Below are positions 1 through 11,495 of a stretch of 64,000 nt of DNA, in pieces. The first letter of the stretch is position 1, and every line of letters begins with the position of its first letter. The notes below the pieces were generated by a model. It saw only the letters and a program-made list of their open reading frames with translations. It was not told where the DNA came from and made no database searches. The stretch comes from Geosiphon pyriformis uo1 (taxonomy: Eukaryota; Fungi; Glomeromycota). The DNA lies in contig JAAOMT010000627.1 of assembly GCA_016748015.1 (NCBI GenBank), forward strand, positions 310,001 to 374,000. The letters run 5' to 3'. The translations under genes were made by a program, and so were the position numbers.

Positions 1-1
1 A

Positions 2-814
2 TGCCTAATTGAACTCTTATCTGATCAAGGAACACATTTTGTGAACAACTTGATACAAGAAATTTGTGAATGGTTCAATGTTAAAAGATTTTTATCATCA
101 CCTTATCACTCTCAAACAAATAGACTTGTAGAATGTTTTAACAGAATATTGTGTGAATCTTTAGCCAAAGTCTCAACAGAATTTGAGCAGGAATGGGATA
201 TCTTTATTCCATTAGTGTTACTAGCATACAGAACACTAAAACAAGATACTATGAAACACACACCATTTGATCTTACTTATAGAAGAACAGCAATATTACC
301 AATTAATTTTACAGTGGAAACATACCCAATGCAACCAATCAATGAAGAAAACTTTTAAGAGACACTTCAAAAAAGAGCCTACACTCTTTTTAGTACACTG
401 GAAGAAAAAAGAAGAATAGCAGCAACTCATATTGAATATTCTCAAGCTCAACAAAAAGAAAGACATGACAACAAATTACCACCTATTACCAACGAATTTA
501 AAGTTGGAAATAAAGTTTTCTTACACAGAATTAAGGCTGAAAAACAATGGAGTGGGAAATTTGAAAACAAATGGGATGGACCATTTTATATTCACGAAAT
601 TCTAGGCAATGGATCATATAAGTTAAGACTTAATGACAAAATATTAGCAAAAGTTGTACATAGAGACAGATTGAAACACTATCATTCCAGAAACAATCCT
701 GAACCATTAATTCCACAAATTGGTACACATTTCCCTTTAATTAATTCTGAAGATATTCTCTGAAATTTAGAACCAATAATTATAATAAAACAACAACCAA
801 ACTTGAATCCTTAA
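2..814 (+). pseudogene. Gypsy pol C-terminus: integrase core end plus GPY/F SH3-like tail, with in-frame stops
   Basis: ORF 41-358 continues in frame past TAA 356 (likely from CAA) and TGA 761 (likely from CGA) to TAA 812-814; no chromodomain seen. Confidence 0.9.
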
Positions 815-956
815 ATTTTACAATAATTCTCTAATAAAAACACAAAGACAAAAATAGTAAATAATTACAAAACACCCAGACCCAAAAACAAATAAAAACC
901 CCATATCCAAAAATAATTTTCTTTATTCTTTCTTTTCATAATTAGTCAATTTTATC

Positions 957-1664
957 ATGATTATTCTCCGAAATATTCAACAAATATCCCAAAAATTAAT
1001 GTTAGCCTTAAAAACACTCCCTGACTTATCTATAACGATTAATAAAAGTCAAATTAATTACATTCAGAAAGAAACCACAGCCCCAGTAGCAAATCATTTA
1101 CAGAACTATCACCCCTATAAAAGAAAAACAAAAAGTCACTCGGAGAATAGATTACCAAGCCTTTTGAAGCAGGCACTAGAAGAAAATCTTTTAATTGCCC
1201 CTATTGACATTCCACCAAATACTACAATGCAACAAAAACTTCTACTACTTCTCAATGAACAGAACAATGAACACACCCCGATCTATAAATACTTTTACAT
1301 TGGAAAGACACTTTATGAACGAAAACTGGAACTTGAAACAACAAATCTCACTCCTAAAGCTATACAAAAACAAATTCACAATGAATTCAAAACAGCAGCT
1401 GAACCAACAAACACTCGCTACAAACTTAGAGCAGCTTTTAGACTCTATGATTTGTTTAATACTTGTGAAAATGTTCTACAAAATTCAATACTGCAACCAA
1501 TGAAAATCCAATACATTGGCAAACTCACAGAACTGAAATTTCAACAATTTTCAGACCAGATTACTTCAATTATTTTGAATCACTATCTCAATATTACAGA
1601 TAGTGCTTGGACTTTGACGGAGCTCAGTCTTGAAGAGGAGATTATGTTACCAGTAGAATTTTAG
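957..1664 (+). CDS. Retrotransposon accessory ORF3 (235 aa, unknown function, no signal peptide or TM segment); stop codon lies inside the 3' LTR
   Basis: Uninterrupted ATG-started ORF between pol and PPT; by-eye homology to the same-position ORFs in E3 (clear) and E2 (distant). Confidence 0.75.
   Translation: MIILRNIQQISQKLMLALKTLPDLSITINKSQINYIQKETTAPVANHLQNYHPYKRKTKSHSENRLPSLLKQALEENLLIAPIDIPPNTTMQQKLLLLLNEQNNEHTPIYKYFYIGKTLYERKLELETTNLTPKAIQKQIHNEFKTAAEPTNTRYKLRAAFRLYDLFNTCENVLQNSILQPMKIQYIGKLTELKFQQFSDQITSIILNHYLNITDSAWTLTELSLEEEIMLPVEF
1610..1644 (+). promoter_or_regulatory. Conserved pre-PPT motif plus polypurine tract of E1
   Basis: GACTTTGACGGAGCTCAGTCTTGAAGAGGAGATTA directly before the LTR; similar motifs at 17719-17754 and 54384-54419(-). 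Confidence 0.75.
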
Positions 1665-2594
1665 CTATTAATTAGCATGAAATTACCCTTATAATTCCTA
1701 TAATTAATTAGTATATTAATATCATTTCAAATTATTATTTATTATTTAATCAATTATCACATATCACGAGTCAATCAAAATAATCTAATTAGTATAACAA
1801 AAAGTAGGATGATTAAATTACACAATATTTTGAACTTTGTAATATTCAAAAATTCGCCGAAATTATGAATAGTTCACTCAAATTAATCAATAGTTCAGTG
1901 AAATAACTTGTAGTTCATCAAAATGTATCTTTAATTCGCCGAAATTTGAGCAAAGAGAAAAAGTGCAAGTTCATAGACTAGTACTACAACAAGTTGTATA
2001 AAAGAAGAGCTTTTCTCTTCAAGAAAATATATCTTACTTTAGATTTATCACTTAGAACTATTCCTATATACACAAAAAGAAATAAATATCAAATAATTTG
2101 AAAAACCAAGTTCTTTAATTATTGCACTTGAAAAATCCCCAAAACCCAACTAACATTTCGAAATTGATTAGCTACCAATTTTAGTAAACTGTTAGCAACT
2201 CCAGGCCTGGATAGAAAACGTTTCTCTTGATAAAATTCTATTTCTTTTATATTTCTTTATTTTTTTTTTCTTTTCTTATTACAATCATTAAAGTAGTCTA
2301 CAGACGAGATTCCTGTAGAAGAGTTGATTTTCACAGCAAAGTGACTACACATTTTTAGTAAGCTTTCAGACAAGCAATTCCTGGAAAAGAGTTGATGTTT
2401 ACTACAACATAACTACATAAAACAACTGGCAAGAAATTGGCCATTCTACTTATAAGCCCAACAGTTCAAATTATAGAAGATAATTTGAAGATAAATTCAG
2501 TTATTGGAGATTCAACTACATCCAGAAAACGTGAATTCACAACAAACAGGCATCAACAACATTTAAGAAAAGAGACCAAAAACCTCTGGTAACA
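1645..2594 (+). repeat. 3' LTR of E1 (950 bp)
   Basis: 9-bp inverted termini TGTTACCAG/CTGGTAACA; homologous to the reverse-oriented LTR at 46831-47670. Confidence 0.92.
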
Positions 2595-3309
2595 ACATAT
2601 ATAATAAAAATAATTTTAATATTTTATATATTAAATTTAATAAAATAAAATTGATTACTTGTAAAAATATGTTAAATAATTATTTTTTGTTTTAAAATTT
2701 CATAATTTTTGTGAATTTAAATATTTTTTAATGGTTTAATCTTTAATAATATATATTAATAATAATAATAACAACAGAATACAAAAATTTTATATTAAAT
2801 AATTAAATAATAAAATTTTTGTTTATTATTAATTTTGTTTATAAATTAATAATTAATTATAATAAGTATATTTAATTATTTAATATTAAATTTAAGACTA
2901 TATTAAAAAAATAACATATTATAAACTAATAATTTAAAATTTATTAGTTTTTTATAGTATAATACAAATATTTAGTATTATAAAAAACCAAACTATTAGT
3001 TTTAATTTAAAAATACTTAATTTGTTTTTTTTGAATTAAATAAATATTATTATTTGTAAAATAAAAGCAAAAAAATAAGAAACAAAATATAATATAAATA
3101 ATTAATAAATATAATATAAATTATTAAACATATAATATTAAATATATAATTTTATGTTAAATAATATTTTAAAACTTCTTTCTCTCCTTCATCCAAAATT
3201 CCCAAAAAAGAGTCAAAAGTTTTTTTGAAAGAAGTTTTTTACCATTCAGTATAATAAATCAAAACCATTTTTCAATTACGAGGCCACTGTTGGTCTTGTT
3301 ATTGCTGTT

Positions 3310-5107
3310 ATGAAGAAGACTCTTAAAGTTTCTGGTTCTAATGGTGGTTTTAAAGCTGTTGCATCAAGGAAGAAAAAGAAGAGAGATGTATTAGAAAAGA
3401 GTGTTGATAATAGTGGGGTTGCTGCTAAAGCTCTTGGTGCTCGTTCATGGGGTTCTGAGACTGGTGACACTACTGAGTCTAAAAGTATTGACATGAAGGA
3501 AAAATGCTTGGTTGAAAAAACCAGTGTTGACTATGGTGAGAGTGGTACTTTCACAGAAGGAGATCCTAATCAAATGTCAAAGAGTTTGCATGTAAAGACC
3601 AAAAAAGTGTTGAGGAAGCCATTGGGTGTAATTGATTACAATACTGTCAATGCAGGTAATGATGTCTTGGATGATTTCTTCTCTTTTCCACCCCTTCTTT
3701 CTATCAAACCATCTGTTTAAGTGTCTGTTTACAAGTCTTTTGCTTTAAATATTGATCTTGTGGCCATCATTAAGAAGTTTTCTCAGGAAAAATTAAGTTT
3801 TATCAGAAAAATTTTTTCAGGTGTGAATGGTTTTGGGGGGGCTTCTACTTTTTCAAAATTTGATGGAATTATTTATGCGACTTTCACTTCAGAAGAAATG
3901 ATGATGGCTGCAGCTAAATTAGCAAATGATTGTGGTGTTATGGTAAATACTGATCTCAAATGCCCTAGCAACAATTATACAAATCGGGCTATTGTGCTGA
4001 AAAAAATTCCAGTGGAAACATTTGTGGAGGCTGTGTGTGTGGCTGTGTCCAAATTTGGGGTAATTAAGATGATCAAAATGCAACTGGTAGGTTTGTGGCA
4101 AAAAGCGATCGTCAAATTGGAAGATTAGAATCAGGCTAATCTATTAGCTGCCAAATGGTCCATTCTAATTGGGAAAGATGCAGTACAAGTGGCCAGGGCT
4201 GACATCGACAAACATTCATGAGATGCCCAAAATAGTTTTAGAGCTTTGCTGTATACTCTCTCCATGGGAACTACTGTTCATGATTTATGGAATTTTATTA
4301 GTTCTGTTGGTGGGAAGACCTGCTTCATTGATTATAATTCTGTCAGTTATTTTCGTGCTCGCTGTGCCACTGTGTGCTTCGACTCTGAGTTGGATTTGAT
4401 TGGTGCTATGACAGTGACTCCAGTTATAAAAAATGTTGGTTTCTGCTGGTCTTGTCTCTCTTAGGCTTTATGTACAGTTTGTGAACATTTTGGTTATGTC
4501 TCTTAGTCATCAGTCAGTTAAGGATACTGTAGCTCTGGACGGCAGAAAAACTTATCTTTTGGCTTAAGACCAGTTCAGGTTGGCTAGGATTTATGCAAAA
4601 AAGTCTGCGCTTATTTCTTGTTCTTTGGCTTTCGGTGGTAAAACTTGGACATCAGTAGTTGATGCTTCTTCTGTGTGCACTTTTTATGGTGCTGGTATGT
4701 CTCTTGGTTTCAATAAAATTGGTGAACTCCTTCCTCTGGTTGTGAACAACCTGGAATCATATTTGGTTAGTATTGAAAGCAGTCTTGTTAGCCTTGCAGA
4801 ACAGATTAGTGAGTTGGCTAAGAGGTTGGAATCACTCATGCTGGCAGTTTCTCAGCCTAGCCCTGAATGTTAGCTGCCAGTGGCCCCCCTATTACAGAAT
4901 CAAGGAGAGAATATAGTGATAGGAGTGGGTTTGGGTGAAGCCACTAGTGACAGAATTGATCCAATTGTAGACTCAACAGCATCCCTTCATGTTGTCAAAC
5001 TGGAAAAAATACTGGATGGCCTCTTCAGGTCTGTGTTAAGCTTGTCTGCTTACTTTGATAGTTTGGCTTTGGCTGGTGGTGCCACTTTTCTAACTTCTTT
5101 TCAATGA
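3310..5107 (+). pseudogene. LINE-A ORF1 (nucleic-acid-binding protein with RRM-like region and a degenerate Cys knuckle), disrupted
   Basis: Collinear fragments 3310-3720, 3721-4128, 4246-4464, 4580-4873, 4880-5107, homologous to ORF1 of LINE-B and LINE-C. Confidence 0.85.
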
Positions 5108-8100
5108 GTGATCTCATATAAAGGGTTGCTATGTGCAATGTTAGAGGTATGAATGTTCCTGCAAAACAAGATGATATTGTTTGTTGGCATAAAGATATAA
5201 ACAATTTGGTTTCAATTTTCATGGAAACAAAGTTAAGAAATAAGACTTGTCTTTGGTTGGTTGACAAATTTGATGATGTTTATATGTTTTTTTCTGGTTT
5301 GGACTCTGGCTATGTGGGTGCTGGTGTCATGATTGTTATGAACAGATTCTTGGCTAGGCATATGTATAAGGTTTCTGAGGTCCCAGATTGTCTTTTCTGC
5401 ATTAGATTACTTTTCAAAAATAAACTTTCAGTTTTGATTCTGGGGCTGTATGCTGGTGCCTCTTTGGCTACTTAATTTTCCCAGGCTAATGAGATCAATT
5501 CCCTGATTGCAAGAGCTATAAATGAATCTTTTTTTGTCATTCTTGGTGGTAACTTTAACAAAGATAGTTCTCATAAGTGTGCTAGTTTTAAAAAGTGCCA
5601 TGATTTGGGTTTGATTAATTCTTTGGATGGGAGTTTCTTTGCTAAGGCACCAACTTGGAGCAATTCTCAGGGTGTTGCCAAGACAATTGATTATGTGTTT
5701 GTTTCCTCAAATCTGGTGAATGTGATAATACAGCATAATGTTTTTGTTGTTAGTGAACATTTTGATATGGATTACAAAACTGTTTTTGTGTCTTTGGGTT
5801 TGGGTGGCCTTTTAGATGCAAAATTAAACTCTCTTTGCAAACAAGTGAATAAGAATCAATGAAAGTTCAATTTCAAAGATACTGATGAGATTAAATGGAA
5901 TAATTTTAAAAGTTCTACACTAGCCAATGCTATATTGTTCTTGGGTGAATTTGCTGCATCTGTGAGGTTCTCGGATTTGAACACTATGTGGTGTGTTGTG
6001 TGCAATGTTATAACTCTTTTGGCTAATAAAATTTTCAAAAAAAGACGGTTCAAAGGATTTGATAAAGTTTTCACCAAAAATTCTTCAAAATTTCATAAAT
6101 TGGAGCTTTTGGTTTCTAGAATTGTCAAGGCTTTACATGGGGAAGATGCTGGGAACTTTGTTTATCTTATGGAATGCTGAAGTTCTGTGAACAATGTCAA
6201 GTCTTCTGTTGTTCAAAATCTGGTGGATCCTGGTGCTGGTTCTGATCATATTTATTCTGATCTTTTTAGTGCTAGGAAGTCTTATTGTGCTTCCAAACTC
6301 ACTGAATCTCTGAAAGCTAAGAAAACAAACATCAGATCTGCCATTAATAAAAGAATGGAGAGCTTTGAGGTCAACAAGGGTCATATAATCAGGAGTGTGC
6401 TGAAGCGTTCATTTCATAAAGTGGTGCTAAACCATTTGGTGGTTAATAATGATCTGATTTTGAAACCTGATTTGGTTAAATCTGAGGTAGATGTGATAAT
6501 GAAGGGATAGACCAAGAAGCATCATGTGGCTGATGATATTTCATTTGATTGGTGCCATTAATATCAACCTTTGGAATACATTTTTGATGAGGTCTTTTCT
6601 GATGTAATGTGCCTGATTGGTTTTGATGAATTCTTTGGGGTGGTTTCTGATTTGCCTAATGGCAAAGCTGCTGGTTTGTCTGGTATCTCAAATAAACTCT
6701 GGAAACATTGTGATAAGTCTGTTTAGGATATGCTCTTGTTGATTTTAAATCTTTGTCTGTCTGGTGAATTGGTGTCTGGCCCTTAAAAAAAGATCTGGGT
6801 CTTGATGATTCTCAAACCATATGAATGAGAAGGTGTTTTGACCAATACTTATTCTATTGCTTTGATTGAAATGGCTCATAAGATTCTTTTTAAGATTCTT
6901 TCTGATAGGATCTTCTCAGCATGTAGTGCTTTTGATGTCCTTCATGGGGCCAATTTCTCGGTTTTAAAGGGTACAACAACTCAGTCTCCTATTTTTGCAA
7001 TTGGTTCAGTGGTAGAAGATGCTTTGAAAAAAAACCAAGAGCTTTGGCTGGTTCTACAGGACATGTGAAAAACATATGATTCGGTTGGCTGGGAACATCT
7101 CAAAAATAGTTTGATCAGAATTAAGATGTGTAGCAAGTTCATTTGTTTTTTTGGCAACATTTACAATAATTGTACCAACCAGATTATGACAGATTTTGGT
7201 TTGATGGATGGTTATCATGTACATAATAGTCTGAATCAAGGAAAAGTTTTCTCTCCTCTTTTGTGGTGGATATTTTATGATCCTTTGTTGTGTGAAGTCA
7301 GGCATCAGAAGAGTGTATGTAAATATAGACTGAATTCTCATTTTATTTCCAAGAATGATTGTGCTGAATCTTGGGCTGGGTGTTTTTCTTTTTTTGCTGC
7401 TGGTGCTTTCACTAATGATATAATTTGGGTTGGTAGCAGTCATAGCACTACTCAACATATTTTTAATATTGCCAGTGAATTTTTTCAGATCAATGATATC
7501 TCAATTAATAATAACAAAACAGTGGCAATTCCTATTAACAGCAGAGTCAGCAATTCTTCTCTTTCTATCAGTGATCTGCCTATTTCAGTCACCAAAAAGA
7601 AAGAGTTTTATCGATACTTGGGTATTTTTCTTTCAACTGAGGGCTTTTCTAAATCTAGTTTAGTAAGGGTGCATTCAGATGTTTGTTTTTTTACTAATTT
7701 GGTTTTGAAGAAAGCTGTCTCGAATAAACAGTTTTTGTATTTGGTTTTGGTGGTTTTTTATCCTATTGTTAGCTTTAGAACACAGTTTAGCTTTATTCCT
7801 GTTGGTGTGTGCAACAAATGGGATGCTTTGATTTGCAAAGGCTTAAAGCTGAAATTTGGTCTTCCATTGGACTTTCTTAGTAATACAATTCACTACTCTT
7901 TCTTTTATGGTTTGAAGTTTTTTTTGCAGTGTTAATCTGAGGGCAAGATTGCTTTACTTATTAGTTTTGCAAACTCTGGCAAAATTTTGGGGCGTCTATT
8001 TGGTCACAGGTCTCATGACTTACAGGTTCTGTGTTGGCAACCTGTTCATCCGTTGGTTTCTTCTGCTCATGTTTGTGTCAATACTTCTAATAACTTCTTA

Positions 8101-9783
8101 ACTGGTATGGTTCACATTCTTTTTGATTGCAAGTTATCTTTGGGCAGCTCTTTGGCCAGCTCTTTTCAGTTTTACAGTGGGGTACTTATGTCAGTTGTTC
8201 TTGGTGAATCTTTGTTTTGCAAGTTTTTATCTTCTCTCCAGCATTATGGTGTTGTCTTCATGGACCAGCTTTGTGATCATAATAGTAGTGTATTTAGCTG
8301 GTGCACTTTTAAGAAATAGAAGAAACTAGATCCTCATGGTCCAGTTCCCGAATGGTTTGAACTTTCTGTTGTATTTCTTGTGGCTTTTTGTTTTTTTCCA
8401 TTGGTGTCAGCTGGTGTTGGCCCTCTAAACATTTGTGGTTCTAATAATTTTGTGTCTATCTATGATCATCTTTCTCAGATTAGCGCTAATAACTTGTTTA
8501 TATACACGGATGGCTTATTAAAAAATTTGGGCACGATTGGTTATAGGGCCGGAGCTGCTGCTTTTTTTGAGGACATTAATTTGAGTTTGGGTGTTAGTGT
8601 TTATGGTTTATTGTCATCCACTTTAATGGAGCTGCAGACTATAGCATTGGCTCTAGAGTGCATGCCTACAGCTCATTTTGTTCATCTGTTTTTGGATAGT
8701 CAGGCAGCATTGGATGTTTGCAAGTTGGAATCTAACCTAGTGTGTCCTGATTTTCACAATTGGTGTTGGGTCAAGTGTTGGCATATTAGGAATGTTATTC
8801 ACAGAAAAAATTTGAGAGTTAATTGGCACAAGGTCAAGAGCCACTTTGGTATCTCAGGGAATAATTATGCCAATAGCATCACTGACACTGCGTTTCTTTC
8901 TGGTTGGTATCTTTCTCCTTGTGTTAGTGAATATTTTTTGTTGGCAGATGGTGGTATTGTTTTTGGTAATTTTAGGCACTTTGTTTATGATGTTTTTTGT
9001 GCTGTTTGTTATGCATGTTGGAAAGTCAGTTCTGGTTCTGGATTTCTAGATAGTGATTTGTGTTCAGATGTCAATTGGCTTTGTTTTTCCAAGGTTTGAC
9101 ACTCTGATTTGCATATGGCCATTGGTTTTACTAGCAGGCTCACTGCTAATACTTAAACTTACCTCATAAAAGCTTTACACTGATGGCTTTCTATGGCTGT
9201 TCGAAAGCGTATTTACAATAAATATTACCTTAGTGTTCTGTGTTTATATTGTGGAGAAGTAAAGATGTCCGATCATGTGTTTTTTTGTGTGGTTGATAAT
9301 TCAGCTCGTCATTAGGTCTTGAAATCTTGCATGTCTTCTTGGAGGGCACTTTCTGGTCTCTCTTTTCCCTCTTCAGGTGTGTTGCAGTTGATGTCAACCT
9401 GTGTCTTAGACTTTCCAGTTTCCTTAGCTCTTTACAAGAGTTTTGTTTTCAATGGATAGCTTCAGGAGGCTATTTCCATCTTCCATAATTCTAAAGTTGC
9501 TGGTGTTAAGATTGCTGATTTTGTGCACTCTATTTGTCTTGTTTTCAGGAATGACATTTGGTTGGTCTATGCTAAGCATCGCATATTTATGGAAAAGAAT
9601 AGCCTAATTCCAATAGATGACTTGATCCCTATTTCGATTTTTGGTTTGGCTTCAGAGTTCTCAGCTGGTGTGATTAAATTGCTTGGTGTTGTTGAAGTTT
9701 TTGGTATCTGTTTTGGCTTTCGCAAATCTTGTGTGTTTTTTTCAGGTATTGGTGACCCAGTTTCTGTTAATATAAGTACATAG
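5104..9783 (+). pseudogene. LINE-A ORF2 (endonuclease, reverse transcriptase, RNase H), many premature stops
   Basis: Same-frame fragments from 5131 to 9783; stops fall at TGG/CAA/CGA-type positions; ATG 5104 overlaps the ORF1 TGA. Confidence 0.92.
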
Positions 9784-9917
9784 TGTCATCCTGACTGGCT
9801 CGAGTAGCTGGTCACGTGTAGAAAATGCATGATTCACACTTAGTTTAGATCATTTCCTTGATGTATGATTTTAAGTAGTGTTTGAATCTCACTTGTTAAA
9901 TGAAATAAAAAAAAAAA

Positions 9918-10773
9918 TATATTAAATATTTTAAAAATTTTAATAAAAATTTTAAAAATTCTAAAAATAACAAAAATTTTAAAAAAACTAACAGAAATGC
10001 CAAAAATTTCAGAAATATTAAAAATTATAAAATTTTTAGAAATCTTGTATTATAAAAATTTATATATATATAATAAAAATATTAAAACAAAAAAGACAAA
10101 CAATTTAAATTAGAAACAAATTTTATTTTATCTTATTAAATAATTTTTATTGTTAATAATTTAATATTTGAAATTTATATTTATTTAAAATAAATTTATT
10201 ATATTATCTAAATTTAATTTTATAAGTTTATACTTATTTTATTAAAATCCAATTATTTTTTTATTAATATTAGTATTAATACAATATTACTAATAATATT
10301 AAAACAATAATTTTTAATTATAACTATTAATAAGATGCCAATTTTTTATTTTTTTATTTGTTTTGTTTGTGTTTATTAAATTAATTTAAAAAAAAGCACT
10401 AAAATTATAATATTAAGAATTGTTTGGTAAAAAACATAAAAAAAAAGCATAGAATATAGTCAAAGAATTAAAATTGCTTATTAAAAAAGTAAAAAACTTC
10501 AGAATAAATTGGTTATTATATTAAAAAAGTTAGATATTAAGTATTACTTACTATTAATAATAAATTTTTGTTTATAAAAAAATTTATTATTAAGACTTTT
10601 AAAAAAAATTTTAAATTAAAAAATTATCAGTTTAAGTATTAAGTTACAAAAATCTAAATAATTTAATAATTCAATTATAATAAAAAATATAAATTATCTA
10701 ATTTAGAACATTTGATTATTGTATTATATTAGATAATAATTAAGTTTTACTTATTAAAAAAAATAATTATAAT
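9918..10773 (+). repeat. AT-eroded ghost LTR of the E4 family; its 5' tip is probably at about 3048-3170, split off by LINE-A
   Basis: Collinear with the LTR at 60491-61364 (AAAATTTCAGAA-type array, TATATA, T-rich tract, terminal TATAATA read as eroded TGTAACA) and with 33600-33880(-). Confidence 0.6.
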
Positions 10774-10789
10774 AAATTTTTATATATAT

Positions 10790-11443
10790 TGTTATGATTG
10801 AAACCCATAATTTTTATGGGTTATCACATGTATTAGTCACTGATGTCATATAATTAGCCACTCTATTTTTAGATAGTGATCATTGACCTGATCAATGACC
10901 TAACTGTTGACTTGCTTATTGACCACTTTCATTAGCTATATAAGTGATGAGTCTCTTAGCTGTAAAAAATTATCTCTTAAACAAGAATCAAATAAATAAA
11001 AATAACAACTTTCATCTCAATCACTTTCTTATCACTAATTTCTCTTTCCCTACCTTCAAGTATCTGAACATCTTAAGATAAAAGATTACTTGTTAACTTT
11101 TTCCTGATGTATATAATTGTAGCATTTGAAGATTATTTGAATAAACATGACTGAAAAACACAAGTTGATACTTGATATTGAATTTTAAGAGCGCTAACGT
11201 GAGGCATAGAATTATACCAGTGATAATCAATTGTTGACAGTATGGACTATCTCTCTATCTTCAGATTCCCCAGTTACTTTTGAAAAAAATAGTGACTGAG
11301 ATATTTTATGAGACTGATCTCACACATTGAATCCATACTCATTTAATTTGCTTATTGAAGTTGAATCCTCTTTGATTATTTCCATTACCCTACAATTCTG
11401 TTCTTCCTTGCTATCCATTAGCTTGTTACTCTAACCCATAACA
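10790..11443 (+). repeat. E2 5' LTR (654 bp)
   Basis: TGTTATG...CATAACA; direct repeat of 17755-18420. Confidence 0.96.
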
Positions 11444-11449
11444 TAAAAG

Positions 11450-11465
11450 TGGTGCTCCCTGTAAG
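11450..11465 (+). promoter_or_regulatory. tRNA primer-binding site of E2 (TGGTGCTCCCTGTAAG)
   Basis: TGG-initiated, 6 nt after the LTR; identical 16-mer follows the E4 LTR. Confidence 0.88.
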
Positions 11466-11495
11466 ATTGTCAAAATTCACTTATTCCTTTATTGT

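Larger units (their letters stand above)
1..2594 (+). mobile_element. Ty3/Gypsy LTR retrotransposon E1, 3' portion (integrase end, extra ORF3, PPT, 3' LTR)
   Basis: Integrase peptides (ELLSDQG, SSPYHSQTNRLVE, WDGPFYI..LGNGSYKL), purine tract GAAGAGGAGA at 1632-1641, then an LTR TGTTACCAG...CTGGTAACA. Confidence 0.92.
3174..9917 (+). mobile_element. Full-length non-LTR retrotransposon LINE-A (ORF1 plus APE-RT-RNaseH-zinc finger ORF2), inactivated
   Basis: 5' end shared with LINE-C; APE motifs (CNVRG, ETKL, GGNFN, PTW, IDYVF, SEHFDMD); RT (GKAAGLSG, QGKVFSPLL); RNase H (YTDG, KVKSH..GN..A); CLYC; 3' UTR and poly(A). Confidence 0.93.

Noticed and set aside
957-1664. env gene (errantivirus-like) in the third-ORF position
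   Set aside because: No signal peptide, transmembrane helix or furin/fusion-peptide pattern, and too short
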